From positions 182 to 64,181 of the IMG/VR virus record IMGVR_UViG_3300000062_000006: a stretch of DNA of 64,000 nucleotides. One strand, 5' to 3'. Made by a program: the position numbers and the translations under genes. Position 1 is the stretch's first letter. Every line of letters starts with the position of its first letter. Under the pieces are notes generated by a model. The model saw nothing but the letters and a program-made list of their open reading frames with translations. It had not been told where the DNA came from and did not search any database. Of the stretch, positions 1 through 10,148 are shown piece by piece. The stretch comes from a virus.

Positions 1-2
1 GT

Positions 3-665
3 GTTGAACTGAAGAAAGCGAACCTTTGGAATAAGATGGTAGCAGTGTACCCTTTTGTTGGCGGTACGGCGGCGTTGCATGCATGGAATCTGAGAAACTT
101 ATCTCAGCACAATATAGTGTGGCAATCTTCACCGCAAGATATGACTCACAACTCAACAGGTGTTACTCCTAATACATCGACAGGTAATCTTATGCTTAGT
201 GGAGCTTCACTCCCTAGCCAAAGTTTATTTCATCTTTCATATTACATATCAGCTAGCATTGGAGCTGGCAATGTGTACAGCTTTGGAGCAGGAGCACCAC
301 AGTCAACATTAGCTATGGAGTTGGGCATATTCAGCAGCCAGATGACCTTTAGGTTTGGCGGCGTAGGCGATTCATGCAAGAGGTTTAATTCAGAACGCAC
401 AGGCTTTTTCCTTGTAGGCTTAAATAGTAATACTCTTGGTTATATATATATCAACGGCACACAGCTAGCTGCAACCTCTTTTACTTCATATCGTCGTATT
501 GAGAATGCCTCCCTTGTGATGAATTCTCGAGCGGGATCAGCACATGGTGTAAATAACGATCAATATTCATTTTGTAGTGTTGGAACGAGCCTGACAGATG
601 ACGAACGATTGATTTTAAACAATATAGTCCAACAATATCAAACCATGCTCGGAAGAGCAGTATAG
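3..665 (+). CDS. Tail-associated protein, C-terminal part (5' end outside window)
   Basis: Frame is open from position 3 (VELKKANLWNK-MVAVYPFVGGTA...). Beta-rich, lies directly before the lysis genes; family assignment is inference. Confidence 0.55.
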   Translation, partial: VELKKANLWNKMVAVYPFVGGTAALHAWNLRNLSQHNIVWQSSPQDMTHNSTGVTPNTSTGNLMLSGASLPSQSLFHLSYYISASIGAGNVYSFGAGAPQSTLAMELGIFSSQMTFRFGGVGDSCKRFNSERTGFFLVGLNSNTLGYIYINGTQLAATSFTSYRRIENASLVMNSRAGSAHGVNNDQYSFCSVGTSLTDDERLILNNIVQQYQTMLGRAV

Positions 666-720
666 TGTATAGCTCGCTTTGGTATAAATAGTGAAACAAA
701 CAATAATAAACTAATAAAGA

Positions 721-1215
721 ATGAATACAATTTTAACCCTCATTTCAATCATGGTAACAATCGTTTACCTTGCTTATACTATTAAGAAATTCGGAGTACC
801 GCACTCCATATCGGAGACATATTACCTATTAAAGCACGAGAATAAGAAAAAAGCGGTACTATTTCCCTTGTGGGCGTATTTAACTGCTTTCCCTTTGATG
901 ATAGCATGGCTTAACATGACAGAGGGTAAAGACTATCAGTTTCTCTCTTTCTTCGCGCCGGCCGGTCTTATGTTTGTTGGTGCTGCTGCGCAGTTCAAAG
1001 AGAAGCTAACCGATAAAGTGCATTACGGCGGTGCTGCCGTTTGCCTTATCGCTGCAGTGATATTAGTAGTTATTTGGGGTTATTTGGGGCTATCGCTGAT
1101 ATGTTTCTTTGCTGCTTCCTTAATAATATACAAGTATGGCAAGCCTATATTCTGGGTTGAAATAGCAGGGTTATTGGCTGCTTTTGTGGCATCACTTTTA
1201 AAGGTAATGATATAA
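721..1215 (+). CDS. Multi-pass membrane protein in lysis region
   Basis: 164 aa with about five hydrophobic segments; GVPHSISETYY motif. Confidence 0.6.
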   Translation: MNTILTLISIMVTIVYLAYTIKKFGVPHSISETYYLLKHENKKKAVLFPLWAYLTAFPLMIAWLNMTEGKDYQFLSFFAPAGLMFVGAAAQFKEKLTDKVHYGGAAVCLIAAVILVVIWGYLGLSLICFFAASLIIYKYGKPIFWVEIAGLLAAFVASLLKVMI

Positions 1216-1224
1216 GATAATGAT

Positions 1225-1743
1225 ATGATGCGAGCGATAGGGAGAACTATTACGGAGAAGATGTGGCAATACTCAGCAAGTATAATGAGTGGGTTGCTTG
1301 CCGCTTTTGAAGCGACCGTTCCGTTTTTTATGCCATGCATGATTGCTGTGTTGTTGGATATTTTTGCTGCTTATTGTCTTGGTCGTCGTGTACATAAGAA
1401 GTACCCAGAAAAAGCCGACGGCAAGTTTAAGAGCGCATATAAATATCGGATATTCTACACAATGATTATTTCCCTTACGCTGATACTCCTTGCGAACTAT
1501 GTTGATGTATTAGTTATAAAGGACGGCGATACGGCTGTACGCTTTGTTATGGGTTTATTTCTCGGCTATCAGGCTTGGTCTATTGTTGAGAATTGGAGTA
1601 GCGAAAATGACAACAAAGTGGCAATGGCATTTCAGCGAATAATGGTTAATAAAGCAGAACGTCACTTTGACGTAAAGCTGGGAGATATATTATTGAACGA
1701 AAAGAAAGAAGAAAAGGAGGATAAAGATGGCAGATGTAAGTAA
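1225..1743 (+). CDS. Phage holin (holin_4-like)
   Basis: Three hydrophobic segments, SIVENWS motif, charged C-terminus, overlaps endolysin start. Confidence 0.75.
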   Translation: MMRAIGRTITEKMWQYSASIMSGLLAAFEATVPFFMPCMIAVLLDIFAAYCLGRRVHKKYPEKADGKFKSAYKYRIFYTMIISLTLILLANYVDVLVIKDGDTAVRFVMGLFLGYQAWSIVENWSSENDNKVAMAFQRIMVNKAERHFDVKLGDILLNEKKEEKEDKDGRCK

Positions 1744-2251
1744 GATAGTACCATTCATATTAAAGTGGGAAGGCGGTTTTGTTAACGACCCGCAAGATTT
1801 AGGGGGTGCGACAAACATGGGTGTGACTATCGGCACATGGAAGCAGGTAGGATATGACAAAAATGGCGATGGCAACATCGATGTGGATGATTTGAAGTTA
1901 CTCACAAAGGATGATGTAGTAAACCGAGTATTGAAACCTCACTACTGGGATAGATGGAAAGCGGACGATATAAAAAGCCAATCGGTAGCGAATATTCTTG
2001 TTGATTGGGTGTGGCTTTCCGGTGCTCATGGCATAAAGATTCCTCAAATGATACTTGGTGTAACTGTCGATGGTGTTGTCGGTAATAAAACCTTAGCAGC
2101 ATTAAACGCACGTGAACCGAAAGAGATATTCGACGCAATCAAAGCGGCACGGGTAAACTTCATTGAGAATATATGTCATAAACGCCCGGCAAATAGAAAA
2201 TTCCAACGTGGATGGATGAACCGACTTAATGACATACGCTATGAAGACTAA
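1727..2251 (+). CDS. Endolysin, glycoside hydrolase family 108 with C-terminal peptidoglycan-binding domain
   Basis: [24 protein letters not shown] is the GH108 signature; [10 protein letters not shown] at the C-terminus. Confidence 0.9.
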   Translation: MADVSKIVPFILKWEGGFVNDPQDLGGATNMGVTIGTWKQVGYDKNGDGNIDVDDLKLLTKDDVVNRVLKPHYWDRWKADDIKSQSVANILVDWVWLSGAHGIKIPQMILGVTVDGVVGNKTLAALNAREPKEIFDAIKAARVNFIENICHKRPANRKFQRGWMNRLNDIRYED

Positions 2252-2711
2252 ACTATTTCTCATATTATTAATAGTCTGTTTTGTTGGTTGCAAATCGCCT
2301 AAAAGTATCACAACCGATAGAACTGTAAATATAGATAGCCTTAGCACATCACATATCTCCGTAGCGACAACTGACAGCCTCTTTCAGCGTATAATATCGC
2401 ATCTTGAAATAGAATTTGAATATACCCTTATCAAATATTCTGCTCCTGATTCGACAGGCACACAGCACATAACAGAGCAACACACGCTAAAGGGTACAGG
2501 AAAGAAAGAACATGAAACGAGTACCAGCATCAAGTCAGAAGCGAACATTCAGCGCACCGACACTACACAGGTCAAAAAGGATATAAAAGAACAGTCGGAA
2601 ACTATCTACCAAAAGACGTTCTGGGAGAAATGGCAGGACATGATTATAACTGTATCGGCTATCGTCCTTGTGGTAGTTATTATTTGGTTAGTTAAAAAGT
2701 TTCGAGCATGA
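2229..2711 (+). CDS. Spanin-like lipoprotein
   Basis: N-terminal signal with lipobox-like FVGC, C-terminal transmembrane helix, follows endolysin. Confidence 0.6.
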   Translation: MTYAMKTKLFLILLIVCFVGCKSPKSITTDRTVNIDSLSTSHISVATTDSLFQRIISHLEIEFEYTLIKYSAPDSTGTQHITEQHTLKGTGKKEHETSTSIKSEANIQRTDTTQVKKDIKEQSETIYQKTFWEKWQDMIITVSAIVLVVVIIWLVKKFRA

Positions 2712-2738
2712 TATCTTTTAATAACAGACAAGCTATGA

Positions 2739-2772
2739 AAAAGAGTGACAGATTAGAATTTGCCACTCTTTT
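2739..2772. terminator. Intrinsic terminator between convergent operons
   Basis: AAAAGAGTG...CACTCTTTT inverted repeat after the lysis genes. Confidence 0.6.
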
Positions 2773-2923
2773 ATTTATTACCTCGCAGAGAAAGGCGTTG
2801 CTGCAGAACCAGACGTTTTCTCAATAACATCATCCCCATCTTTTTTATGATGTTCTTTGTCATGTTCGTCATGTTCACCTTCAAATACTATAACTCTCTT
2901 TCCTTTTCTTAGTATTATTCTTT

Positions 2924-3454
2924 TCATGATTTATCTGATTTGTTGTTGTTGTTTGCTTGCTTGTTCAACGTAGCAACCAATGTTTGTACTTGTGTTTGTA
3001 AGTCGGTTATTTTTTCCTCCAAGCCCTTTATGTTCTCCTCTTGCTGCTTATCCTTAGCAAATGTCGGGCTTGCTTCCTCAAGTATCTTTTCGCATCCAGC
3101 AATTAAATTTTCATGTCTTGGAACGCTATTAATTACTGATTTACTACTTGCAAGTGTCGACTCTATTTCAGAAATGATTGATTCTCGGCTTGTGGAAACA
3201 ATGACATTTGGATTGCCATTTTGCGACCCATCAGAAACAATGCTATGAGCAGGAAGCCCACTGAAATTTGTAGACGAATCGCCAATTTTCGCACTAACAT
3301 CAACTACATACTCTTGAGCATATTGAGGATTGAAATTTGCTTGCTGCTTTAATCTTGGTTGACTTACAGATTCAACTGCTCCTATATAAAACTTAGGCTC
3401 TCCCCTCTTGTCAAAAACAAAAAAAGGCAAGCCGGCTCTTAAATCTTTAAACAT
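2924..3454 (-). CDS. Hypothetical protein with C-terminal coiled coil
   Basis: 176-aa ORF, last gene of the 2.9-4.8 kb cassette. Confidence 0.65.
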   Translation of the reverse strand: MFKDLRAGLPFFVFDKRGEPKFYIGAVESVSQPRLKQQANFNPQYAQEYVVDVSAKIGDSSTNFSGLPAHSIVSDGSQNGNPNVIVSTSRESIISEIESTLASSKSVINSVPRHENLIAGCEKILEEASPTFAKDKQQEENIKGLEEKITDLQTQVQTLVATLNKQANNNNKSDKS

Positions 3455-3515
3455 ATCTTTTGTTTTTAATATAGGGAGATAGACTAGCCCACCTCCCTAT
3501 GATTGTTTAGTAACC

Positions 3516-3899
3516 TTATGGGGCAGGTGTTGCCCCGGCATTCATCAATATAATCACATCATCACACTTGTCGTAGAAGAACCAGTAATAATGCCCGTTT
3601 GCGAACTCTCCAGCAGTCATTTGCACATCAGCGCAGTAGTAAAGCGGCTTTGTATGGCATCCATCATTGATAAACACAGGCAAATCGGTGTTGTTTATTA
3701 CAGGGAAGTCCTTGCAACACAGCACAAATGTCCCACGTTGTCCTGGAAGACATCTTATGTCATTGTTTGGAACTCTGAACACAACACGTTCCGCTTCTTC
3801 CGTCACTCGTATTACCTCCTCAATCGGTGTCGACCCGTGATTTATGGCGTTATGATGCGGACATCTTCTTGGTTGATTAAAAGGAAATATGTTAAACAT
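3516..3899 (-). CDS. Hypothetical Cys-containing protein
   Basis: 127-aa ORF, co-oriented with neighbours, GGAGG-type RBS upstream. Confidence 0.6.
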   Translation of the reverse strand: MFNIFPFNQPRRCPHHNAINHGSTPIEEVIRVTEEAERVVFRVPNNDIRCLPGQRGTFVLCCKDFPVINNTDLPVFINDGCHTKPLYYCADVQMTAGEFANGHYYWFFYDKCDDVIILMNAGATPAP

Positions 3900-3914
3900 A
3901 ACTACCTCCTTTTA

Positions 3915-4772
3915 TTAGAAATGTCCACCGCAAGGATTGCCACAATTACCACCGCCGCCAAAAGGAGCAATCGGTGCAGCAAATTGCGTTACAGGGAAGC
4001 CTGGCACATATTGCTGTGGGTATGTTGGAAGCTGCCTGCACTCAATCGCCCCTAAACGATCATAAATACCTCTTGTTTGAGCATAGATGAACTCATTTTG
4101 ATTGCGCTGGCTAATCTCCCCAACCAATTGAGTGTTGCGCTCACGTAAAGCATCGTTCTTGTCACGTAATGCATTAAGTTCCAAATTAGTAAACCTCTCC
4201 ATTGTTGCAGAGTGGTTCGCATTCATTGTAGCAGTCAATTGATTAGTTTGCTGCAGCTCTGCAAAGCGATTTTGGAATCCTTGCTCGTTTACAGTAGTTT
4301 TAATATCGCAGCAGCATGCAGCAAGCTGTGATGCCACTGTACTATTACCCATTTGAATAGCATTAATCACTTGTTGAGTACTCATCCCAATAGTTCCGCC
4401 AAGCGTTGCCAATTGAGTATTAAGTCCAGCCAAAGCACCATTTACAGCAGTAATAGATGTGTTAGTCAAGCCTGCCAAGTCACGTACAGCATCTCTGTTG
4501 CCGTTAATAGCATTCATTAACAACTCATTGTTTGCAACAGTGTTAAGCTCTCCACCTCCGCCAAGACCATTCAATCCATTTCGACCCAAGAGCAGCAACA
4601 AAAAAAGCATCATGAACATACCATTCTGTCCGCCAAAGCCACCACCATTCTGCCCCATCATAGCAAGCATACTCGGGTCAATTCCGCTTTTACCAGCTAT
4701 TTGAGCCAACAAAGCATTAGTAGTGCTATTATCACTACCACCACCATCGAAAACGATAGTTTTTCCTTCCAT
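3915..4772 (-). CDS. Gly/Asn-rich hypothetical phage protein with hydrophobic stretch and CCC motif
   Basis: 285 aa; GGGFGG...MFMMLFLLLLL; LAACCCDIK. Confidence 0.7.
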   Translation of the reverse strand: MEGKTIVFDGGGSDNSTTNALLAQIAGKSGIDPSMLAMMGQNGGGFGGQNGMFMMLFLLLLLGRNGLNGLGGGGELNTVANNELLMNAINGNRDAVRDLAGLTNTSITAVNGALAGLNTQLATLGGTIGMSTQQVINAIQMGNSTVASQLAACCCDIKTTVNEQGFQNRFAELQQTNQLTATMNANHSATMERFTNLELNALRDKNDALRERNTQLVGEISQRNQNEFIYAQTRGIYDRLGAIECRQLPTYPQQYVPGFPVTQFAAPIAPFGGGGNCGNPCGGHF

Positions 4773-4894
4773 AGTTAAAAGATTTTGTAATTTCTCGGAT
4801 TATTCCGATTAATACAAAATTCCCTAAATGGTGATGGATTAAAGAATTAAACTTTCCTGTAAAACAGAAAGAATTGCTGAATTAGAGGAGCATA

Positions 4895-5104
4895 TTATTT
4901 GCTCGGTGTTGTATGATTTATTATATTAGATATAGTCCTTTCACTAAGCCCTGTACGACTTGATATTTCTTCATAGATAAAGGTTTTGGATAAATTATTA
5001 AACGTCTTATTTCCGTATTTCTCTTTTAGCTCCTTATGTAATGTGTGTACTAAATTTTCACGAATGATTGTACTTTTTCTTTTAGGCTTTTCTGTTTTCC
5101 TCAT
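4895..5104 (-). CDS. Small HTH DNA-binding protein
   Basis: IYEEISSRTGLSERTISNIINH is HTH-like. Confidence 0.6.
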   Translation of the reverse strand: MRKTEKPKRKSTIIRENLVHTLHKELKEKYGNKTFNNLSKTFIYEEISSRTGLSERTISNIINHTTPSK

Positions 5105-5243
5105 TTTTAATACTTTTGCATCGTTTGTTTCGTTAAAAACATTTAGAGATAGCCTTCCGGCTGATGCGAAAGTGTGGATTTCGTGTCTGCGACCCCTTAG
5201 AAGTTGCAGCTTCTTTGGGGTCTGGGAGGCTTCCTATTAATTA

Positions 5244-5858
5244 TCACTTTCTAAAACTATCGCCTTTGAATAGAACTCTAGTTGTAGTTGCTCTAATCCT
5301 ATCCAATACTCGGTCTCCATATCGCTCCTTTATTTCGCCTGCATCAAGGTTTGTTGAAACAATAACCAACTTGCCACTTTTCTCTGCTGCATCCATGACT
5401 TCGGCAAAAGCAAGCCTTCGCTCGCCATACTTTATGCTTACCTCTTCTGTTCCTATATCATCAAGGCTAAGAATGTGCTTAGTTAATACGTGGTCGATGT
5501 TTCTGTTCAATTCTTGAATGTCAAACACAGAAACAATCTTGCCGCAATACTTTAGTAATATCGCAGGCAAAACATATCGGCAAAGAATGGATTTGCCACG
5601 ACCGCAAGTGCCGTACAGGAACAGCCCTCTCCCACCGTTGCCTTCAAGCCACGAAACAACTTGGTCGTATTCTGGAATCCAAACCAACTCTTGCCCTGTT
5701 TGACCCACGAAGTATGTCATTGCATTGAAAAGAACCTCTTTTGCATTTGGCACTCTTAGCACAACTTTATTGGACGGCAATTTCATGCCATGTTGTTTCA
5801 TCTCGCTTATTATGTCATCAAAATTCATTGTATTGTTTGTCGTTGTCATGATTTGCAA
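5244..5858 (-). CDS. DnaC/IstB-like AAA+ ATPase (helicase loader)
   Basis: Walker A GTCGRGKS, Walker B LSLDDIG, STNL and RVLDRI motifs; follows initiator. Confidence 0.85.
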   Translation of the reverse strand: MQIMTTTNNTMNFDDIISEMKQHGMKLPSNKVVLRVPNAKEVLFNAMTYFVGQTGQELVWIPEYDQVVSWLEGNGGRGLFLYGTCGRGKSILCRYVLPAILLKYCGKIVSVFDIQELNRNIDHVLTKHILSLDDIGTEEVSIKYGERRLAFAEVMDAAEKSGKLVIVSTNLDAGEIKERYGDRVLDRIRATTTRVLFKGDSFRK

Positions 5859-6570
5859 AATTTGATTTTGATTTGACCGATTGCTTTAACTCAAAAAGAC
5901 CAGCCCAATTATTAGCCATCGACTGTTCAACTATGGATTTGGCAATAGTAGGGTTATGTCCTGATTTCTCTTTCAACTGTCGATAACACGCTTCTAAAGA
6001 TTTCTGCGAACTGTATTTTTGCTTACAATCTTTTTTATATTCAAGCCATAAAACAAATGGGGCAGAATACTCTTGTTCTACAAAATCAAAGGAGAATTTC
6101 TCGTAACCTAGGACAAGGCTGCAGTCCTTTCCCTTATTACTTATATCCTTTACAGTCTCACTACTCTCCTGCGGCGTGTCCCCATCGGGTACACACTGTG
6201 CACCCGCCGTGTCCTCATTGAGCAAAACATTTAGCACCCCTTCATCAATTAAAGGCTTCCCGTACCGTTTATCTATTTTTTGATGGCTTCTAAATGTGCG
6301 AATTGCATAATAGCTTTCGCCGTTGTGGCTAATAGGTATTATCATTCGGGCATTTGTTAAGGCATCAAGCCATCTGTTTAATTCAGATAGTCTTAGATTT
6401 TCGTCATAGGGGAATAGTTTTGCTTTTAGAATTACAGGATTGGCTCGAAACAAACCCCAATCGTCAGCAAGCCCCCATACTCCAATGTAGAATAGTCGGC
6501 AGGGAATTGGTAGGGTTGCTATTTTTTCATCCTCCCAAAAGTCTGGTTTTATTGTTCGTATTCGTGCCAT
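5818..6570 (-). CDS. Phage replication initiator
   Basis: MARIRTIKPDFWEDEK N-terminus typical of phage initiators; C-terminal SMANNWAGLF motif; internal GC-rich repeats. Confidence 0.8.
   Translation of the reverse strand: MARIRTIKPDFWEDEKIATLPIPCRLFYIGVWGLADDWGLFRANPVILKAKLFPYDENLRLSELNRWLDALTNARMIIPISHNGESYYAIRTFRSHQKIDKRYGKPLIDEGVLNVLLNEDTAGAQCVPDGDTPQESSETVKDISNKGKDCSLVLGYEKFSFDFVEQEYSAPFVLWLEYKKDCKQKYSSQKSLEACYRQLKEKSGHNPTIAKSIVEQSMANNWAGLFELKQSVKSKSNFANHDNDKQYNEF
6173..6214. promoter_or_regulatory. Iteron-like GTGTCC repeats inside initiator gene (candidate ori)
   Basis: GGCGTGTCCCCATCGGGTACACACTGTGCACCCGCCGTGTCC in the interdomain linker, the lambdoid position for ori iterons. Confidence 0.5.
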
Positions 6571-6610
6571 CTTTAGATTATTATATTGTTATCTTAACAT
6601 TGAAAACGGA

Positions 6611-6853
6611 TTATTCCGCATTACCTATTATTGATATTTCATCATCAAGTCGAAAATGTATAATCTTACCGTTCTCAAACTCAACAATAACAACAGGGTA
6701 AAACTCACCGTCCATTGTCCCATCACATCCGTATCGCTCAATCCACCCTCCTTGCTGTATCTGCAATACAGACACTATGAATTTATCCTCTTTCTTAAAA
6801 TCTAACCCGCATCGGGTAAAAGCCTTCAGAATCTTTATTTCTTTCTTTTTCAT
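6611..6853 (-). CDS. Hypothetical protein
   Basis: 80-aa ORF in the leftward operon. Confidence 0.55.
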   Translation of the reverse strand: MKKKEIKILKAFTRCGLDFKKEDKFIVSVLQIQQGGWIERYGCDGTMDGEFYPVVIVEFENGKIIHFRLDDEISIIGNAE

Positions 6854-6889
6854 AAGCTATTATTGTTTCACTATTACTCCGATAGTGAG

Positions 6890-7213
6890 CTATCGACGTT
6901 TGCGTTTTGATTTAGGAACACCGTAATAAAAAGGATGATTATCCTTTACTCTTACATGAACATCATGCTCTAAGATTGGCGGGGCTTCCAACAGTATTGG
7001 AGGTCGGGCAGCGAGCTCAACCTTCGCCAACTCCTCCTGTAAATTCCTTTCATCTTTTATTTCGACAATCTCTATTGCTGGAAATGCCCTTTGTTCTTCC
7101 CTCAATCGTGCTGCTACTATTGTAGCCTCAATGAAGGCACGCCCAACGACACCCGCACCAACACTAACGATGCCAACTCTCCTTATCGTTTCTCGCGGCT
7201 TTTCTTTATCCAT
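6890..7213 (-). CDS. Hypothetical protein
   Basis: 107-aa ORF in the leftward operon. Confidence 0.55.
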   Translation of the reverse strand: MDKEKPRETIRRVGIVSVGAGVVGRAFIEATIVAARLREEQRAFPAIEIVEIKDERNLQEELAKVELAARPPILLEAPPILEHDVHVRVKDNHPFYYGVPKSKRKRR

Positions 7214-7229
7214 TACTCACTACTTTTTA

Positions 7230-7643
7230 TTATTGAATCCTAAAGCCTCCTGACTTCTCGCAAAATTCAGCCAGACTTTCCACTTTGTTTATAAACTCTT
7301 CTTTAGGAGGAGTTGCTTTTTCGTCAAAAGCCAAAATGTTTTTTTGCTGCTCCTCCGTTTTTTTATCCCACTCCTCTCTTATGGCTCTTTTAACAAAAAC
7401 ATATCCTCTAAATAATTTTGCCATCGCTTTGGCCTCCGATGGTGTAACCTTAAACCCATCATTGGAGACCGGCGAGCCCGGACCGCGCGAACCGTTGTAT
7501 ATATAGGTGCCGGGAGTAATGGTATTTTGTCCATAACCAAAGAGATAGCCAGCTCCTGTCTCGTTTAATATTATAGGCCATGTAAAAATCATTCCGCTGG
7601 GTTCGCCAGCGTCCTTGTTTTTAGGCATCAAATCGTATCCCAT
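7230..7643 (-). CDS. Hypothetical protein
   Basis: 137-aa ORF in the leftward operon. Confidence 0.6.
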   Translation of the reverse strand: MGYDLMPKNKDAGEPSGMIFTWPIILNETGAGYLFGYGQNTITPGTYIYNGSRGPGSPVSNDGFKVTPSEAKAMAKLFRGYVFVKRAIREEWDKKTEEQQKNILAFDEKATPPKEEFINKVESLAEFCEKSGGFRIQ

Positions 7644-7663
7644 AAATTCTCTATTTTTTATTG

Positions 7664-7963
7664 TTAATACGAATCTTCATCCTTACGTTCGTATATTAAG
7701 TCGTAAGGCACTTCTGTTAAAGCGCAATCAACAGGACTAAACATACCTTTGCCGTTCTGAAAATTTGCAACATCCTCTAATGCCTCACGAAGTTTCAGCC
7801 TTAGTTCGTTGAGAATCTTATCGCAATCATTAGATAATTGTTCAAATATCTCGTTTGGCTCTATTTTGTTTGCAAGCACAGCGTCTGCATACACGCTGTC
7901 TACCATTATTGCCGACCTCCTAATTTCATCAAGGGTCAAATTAATTAGTTCTATTTTTGTCAT
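7664..7963 (-). CDS. Hypothetical protein
   Basis: 99-aa ORF in the leftward operon. Confidence 0.55.
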   Translation of the reverse strand: MTKIELINLTLDEIRRSAIMVDSVYADAVLANKIEPNEIFEQLSNDCDKILNELRLKLREALEDVANFQNGKGMFSPVDCALTEVPYDLIYERKDEDSY

Positions 7964-7985
7964 ACAGCACTATTTTTTAATATTG

Positions 7986-8327
7986 TTATTGAACCACACA
8001 TAAATCCACATACCAATCTTTTATTATAGGTAATGTGTAATGAATATGACCAAACCTTACTTCAGGCTTCACAATGCTAATCAGATCATTCTCGTCATCT
8101 ATACTAAAAGAGTATTTAGATAGCTCTTCATAAAGCCGTTTTACTAAGTAAGTGGGCGATTCATAGTTTTCTGTCCATCGTACGGCTATTAAGTCCATAT
8201 CTGAGGCACAAGTGCCATGTATCGCAAGAGCATAACCACATTTTATTGCAATTTTTCTCAAGCCTTCCAAAGCGCAAGCATAAAACATTGGCTTTGGGTT
8301 TAGATTTACTTCATTTCTATTTTTCAT
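7986..8327 (-). CDS. Hypothetical protein with nucleotidyltransferase-like motif
   Basis: GYALAIHGTCASDMDLIAVRW resembles the G-S/T-x-D-x-D NTase motif. Confidence 0.45.
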   Translation of the reverse strand: MKNRNEVNLNPKPMFYACALEGLRKIAIKCGYALAIHGTCASDMDLIAVRWTENYESPTYLVKRLYEELSKYSFSIDDENDLISIVKPEVRFGHIHYTLPIIKDWYVDLCVVQ

Positions 8328-8527
8328 ATCTCACTACTTTTTAAAATCGTTAAATAAAATTCACAACTATCATCTCCTGTATTCTTTTTGCCATCGTTAT
8401 GATTTATGTAACTGTAATACATTCCTAATGGCTTGCTCTGTAGTAGTTCAAGATGAGCCTTCCATCTTAAGCATGTATCTTTTGTTTTACAGAAATCGTT
8501 AGCGCAATGTGACATGTCTTTATTCAT
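8324..8527 (-). CDS. Small Cys-rich hypothetical protein
   Basis: DMSHCANDFC...CLRW...CEFY. Confidence 0.55.
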   Translation of the reverse strand: MNKDMSHCANDFCKTKDTCLRWKAHLELLQSKPLGMYYSYINHNDGKKNTGDDSCEFYLTILKSSEI

Positions 8528-8536
8528 ACCTCTACG

Positions 8537-8725
8537 TTAATTCTCTATCTCAAACTCAAACGTTTTCTTACACTCTACACAAGACTGCTCAAAGATTTCT
8601 CCCACATTATCAAAGACATTCAAGCACAAGTGATTTGCTACATAATCGTAAAAGTTATTTGCTACTCCGCAATGAGGACAAAGGCAATGCAGCTCTACGA
8701 ATATTTTTGCTCTAACTGTTTTCAT
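8537..8725 (-). CDS. Small zinc-ribbon protein
   Basis: Two CxxC pairs (CPHC, CVEC). Confidence 0.55.
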   Translation of the reverse strand: MKTVRAKIFVELHCLCPHCGVANNFYDYVANHLCLNVFDNVGEIFEQSCVECKKTFEFEIEN

Positions 8726-8742
8726 ACGCTACTTTTTATAGG

Positions 8743-9336
8743 TTAATATTTCTTCCCGTGCTTATTCGGGCGAGTTTTGTTGTATTTTATTTTCAAATCA
8801 ACATGCTGCCATAGGTCAATACTCAAATGCTTACAAATGGCTATAACACCCTCCAAAGTACGAGGTATGACATCTTCCAATTCCACAATGCTATTTGCAG
8901 GACATCTTACTGCTTCACGACACACATGAAATATCATTTCGGGGAAAGATTCTTCGCTCAAACAAGAACTAAACTCGTCAATGCGAATATCATTAAGCAT
9001 AATCTTAACACCGTTTAGCCCTGCCAAATCCAACAAGCGTATAACAGCATCAGCAAGTTCGTCCTCTACTGTGTCTTTTACACAAAGGGAAAATGCCCTT
9101 ATTTCGACATCTTTGTACCCAGGAGAATCCTTACTCCAATTATTGTAGTAATTCAGCTCTTTGTCGTAAGAATCAAAGTTTGCCCTTTTAGCTTTACGGT
9201 CAGCCTCGACAGCTTCCGATAGTTCAGTGACAACAAGCATCAAAAGGGTTTCGTTGCTTATTTCTTCATCATGGAAGCCTTTTGCTTTATTTGCTTCAAA
9301 AACTTCTTTTGACAGTCTGTTTAAATCTTTTTCCAT
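8743..9336 (-). CDS. MazG-like nucleoside triphosphate pyrophosphohydrolase
   Basis: LVVTELSEAVEA and VEDELADAVIRLLDL all-alpha NTP-PPase motifs; KIKYNKTRPNKHGKKY end. Confidence 0.8.
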   Translation of the reverse strand: MEKDLNRLSKEVFEANKAKGFHDEEISNETLLMLVVTELSEAVEADRKAKRANFDSYDKELNYYNNWSKDSPGYKDVEIRAFSLCVKDTVEDELADAVIRLLDLAGLNGVKIMLNDIRIDEFSSCLSEESFPEMIFHVCREAVRCPANSIVELEDVIPRTLEGVIAICKHLSIDLWQHVDLKIKYNKTRPNKHGKKY

Positions 9337-9403
9337 CTCACTATTATTATTTCATTCTCAATTCTTGCAAATACTTGAAAGATTTGCAAGAATTTATACC
9401 TTT

Positions 9404-9625
9404 TTATTCTTCAATCCAATCCTCATAATCACTCTTTGACAACTCTATTATGTTTTGAATACAGACTTCTTTCCATGTATCGTTTTCGCTCAAAATCATT
9501 TTGTTTGTTCTTTTCATGTTCAAATAACCACCGTTTGTTATGAAAGGATAGATGCCTTTACCCCAACACCCTCTATCTTTTCCAGAAAACATATAAAACA
9601 CAAGGAAGTATCTTTTCATGTTCAT
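9404..9625 (-). CDS. Hypothetical protein
   Basis: 73-aa ORF in operon. Confidence 0.5.
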   Translation of the reverse strand: MNMKRYFLVFYMFSGKDRGCWGKGIYPFITNGGYLNMKRTNKMILSENDTWKEVCIQNIIELSKSDYEDWIEE

Positions 9626-9886
9626 TTAAATTTTATTATTATTGTCTTGATTTGAAAATTCTCTCCTCTTGCGCTCTTGTCTTTCAGTCCATGCTGGTAC
9701 TTTCTTTTCATCTAAAATGAAATAGCCTCCTTTGTGCTCAGCCAAGCATTTGCCCCAATCACCAACAACATAATGTGTTAGAAATTCGCATGGATACATG
9801 AAGCCACTTTTATACTCTTCCCCGCCATGCTTACAGTAAGCGCAGTTGATTCGTATTGCATCTGATTGTTTCTTTCTTTTAGCCAT
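9626..9886 (-). CDS. Hypothetical protein (Cys-containing)
   Basis: 86-aa ORF, CAYCKH motif. Confidence 0.5.
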   Translation of the reverse strand: MAKRKKQSDAIRINCAYCKHGGEEYKSGFMYPCEFLTHYVVGDWGKCLAEHKGGYFILDEKKVPAWTERQERKRREFSNQDNNNKI

Positions 9887-9894
9887 TATTCTTG

Positions 9895-10110
9895 TTAATA
9901 AATCCCCGACAAAAGAGGGTTAAACCTATACGCTTCCCACTTCTCGGGATTGGTTGTCATTACATAGCCTTTGGGTATCTTAACTCGGACAAGTTTCTTT
10001 TTTGCCTCTTCCCGTTTCACCTCAGCCAAGAAACGTTCATCGTTGCCGTTCCCATTGATGTTTATCTTTATTCGTTTATCCATATTTATTTGAAATAAAA
10101 AAGGCGACAC
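9895..10110 (-). CDS. Hypothetical protein
   Basis: Short ORF; true start probably internal (MDKRIK). Confidence 0.4.
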   Translation of the reverse strand: MSPFLFQINMDKRIKININGNGNDERFLAEVKREEAKKKLVRVKIPKGYVMTTNPEKWEAYRFNPLLSGIY

Positions 10111-10128
10111 ATTGTTTGCATCGCCTTT
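10100..10128. terminator. Hairpin, probable terminator
   Basis: AAAGGCGA...TCGCCTTT; a similar stem occurs at 39881-39912. Confidence 0.5.
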
Positions 10129-10148
10129 GTCTTGTTATTTAATTAGTC

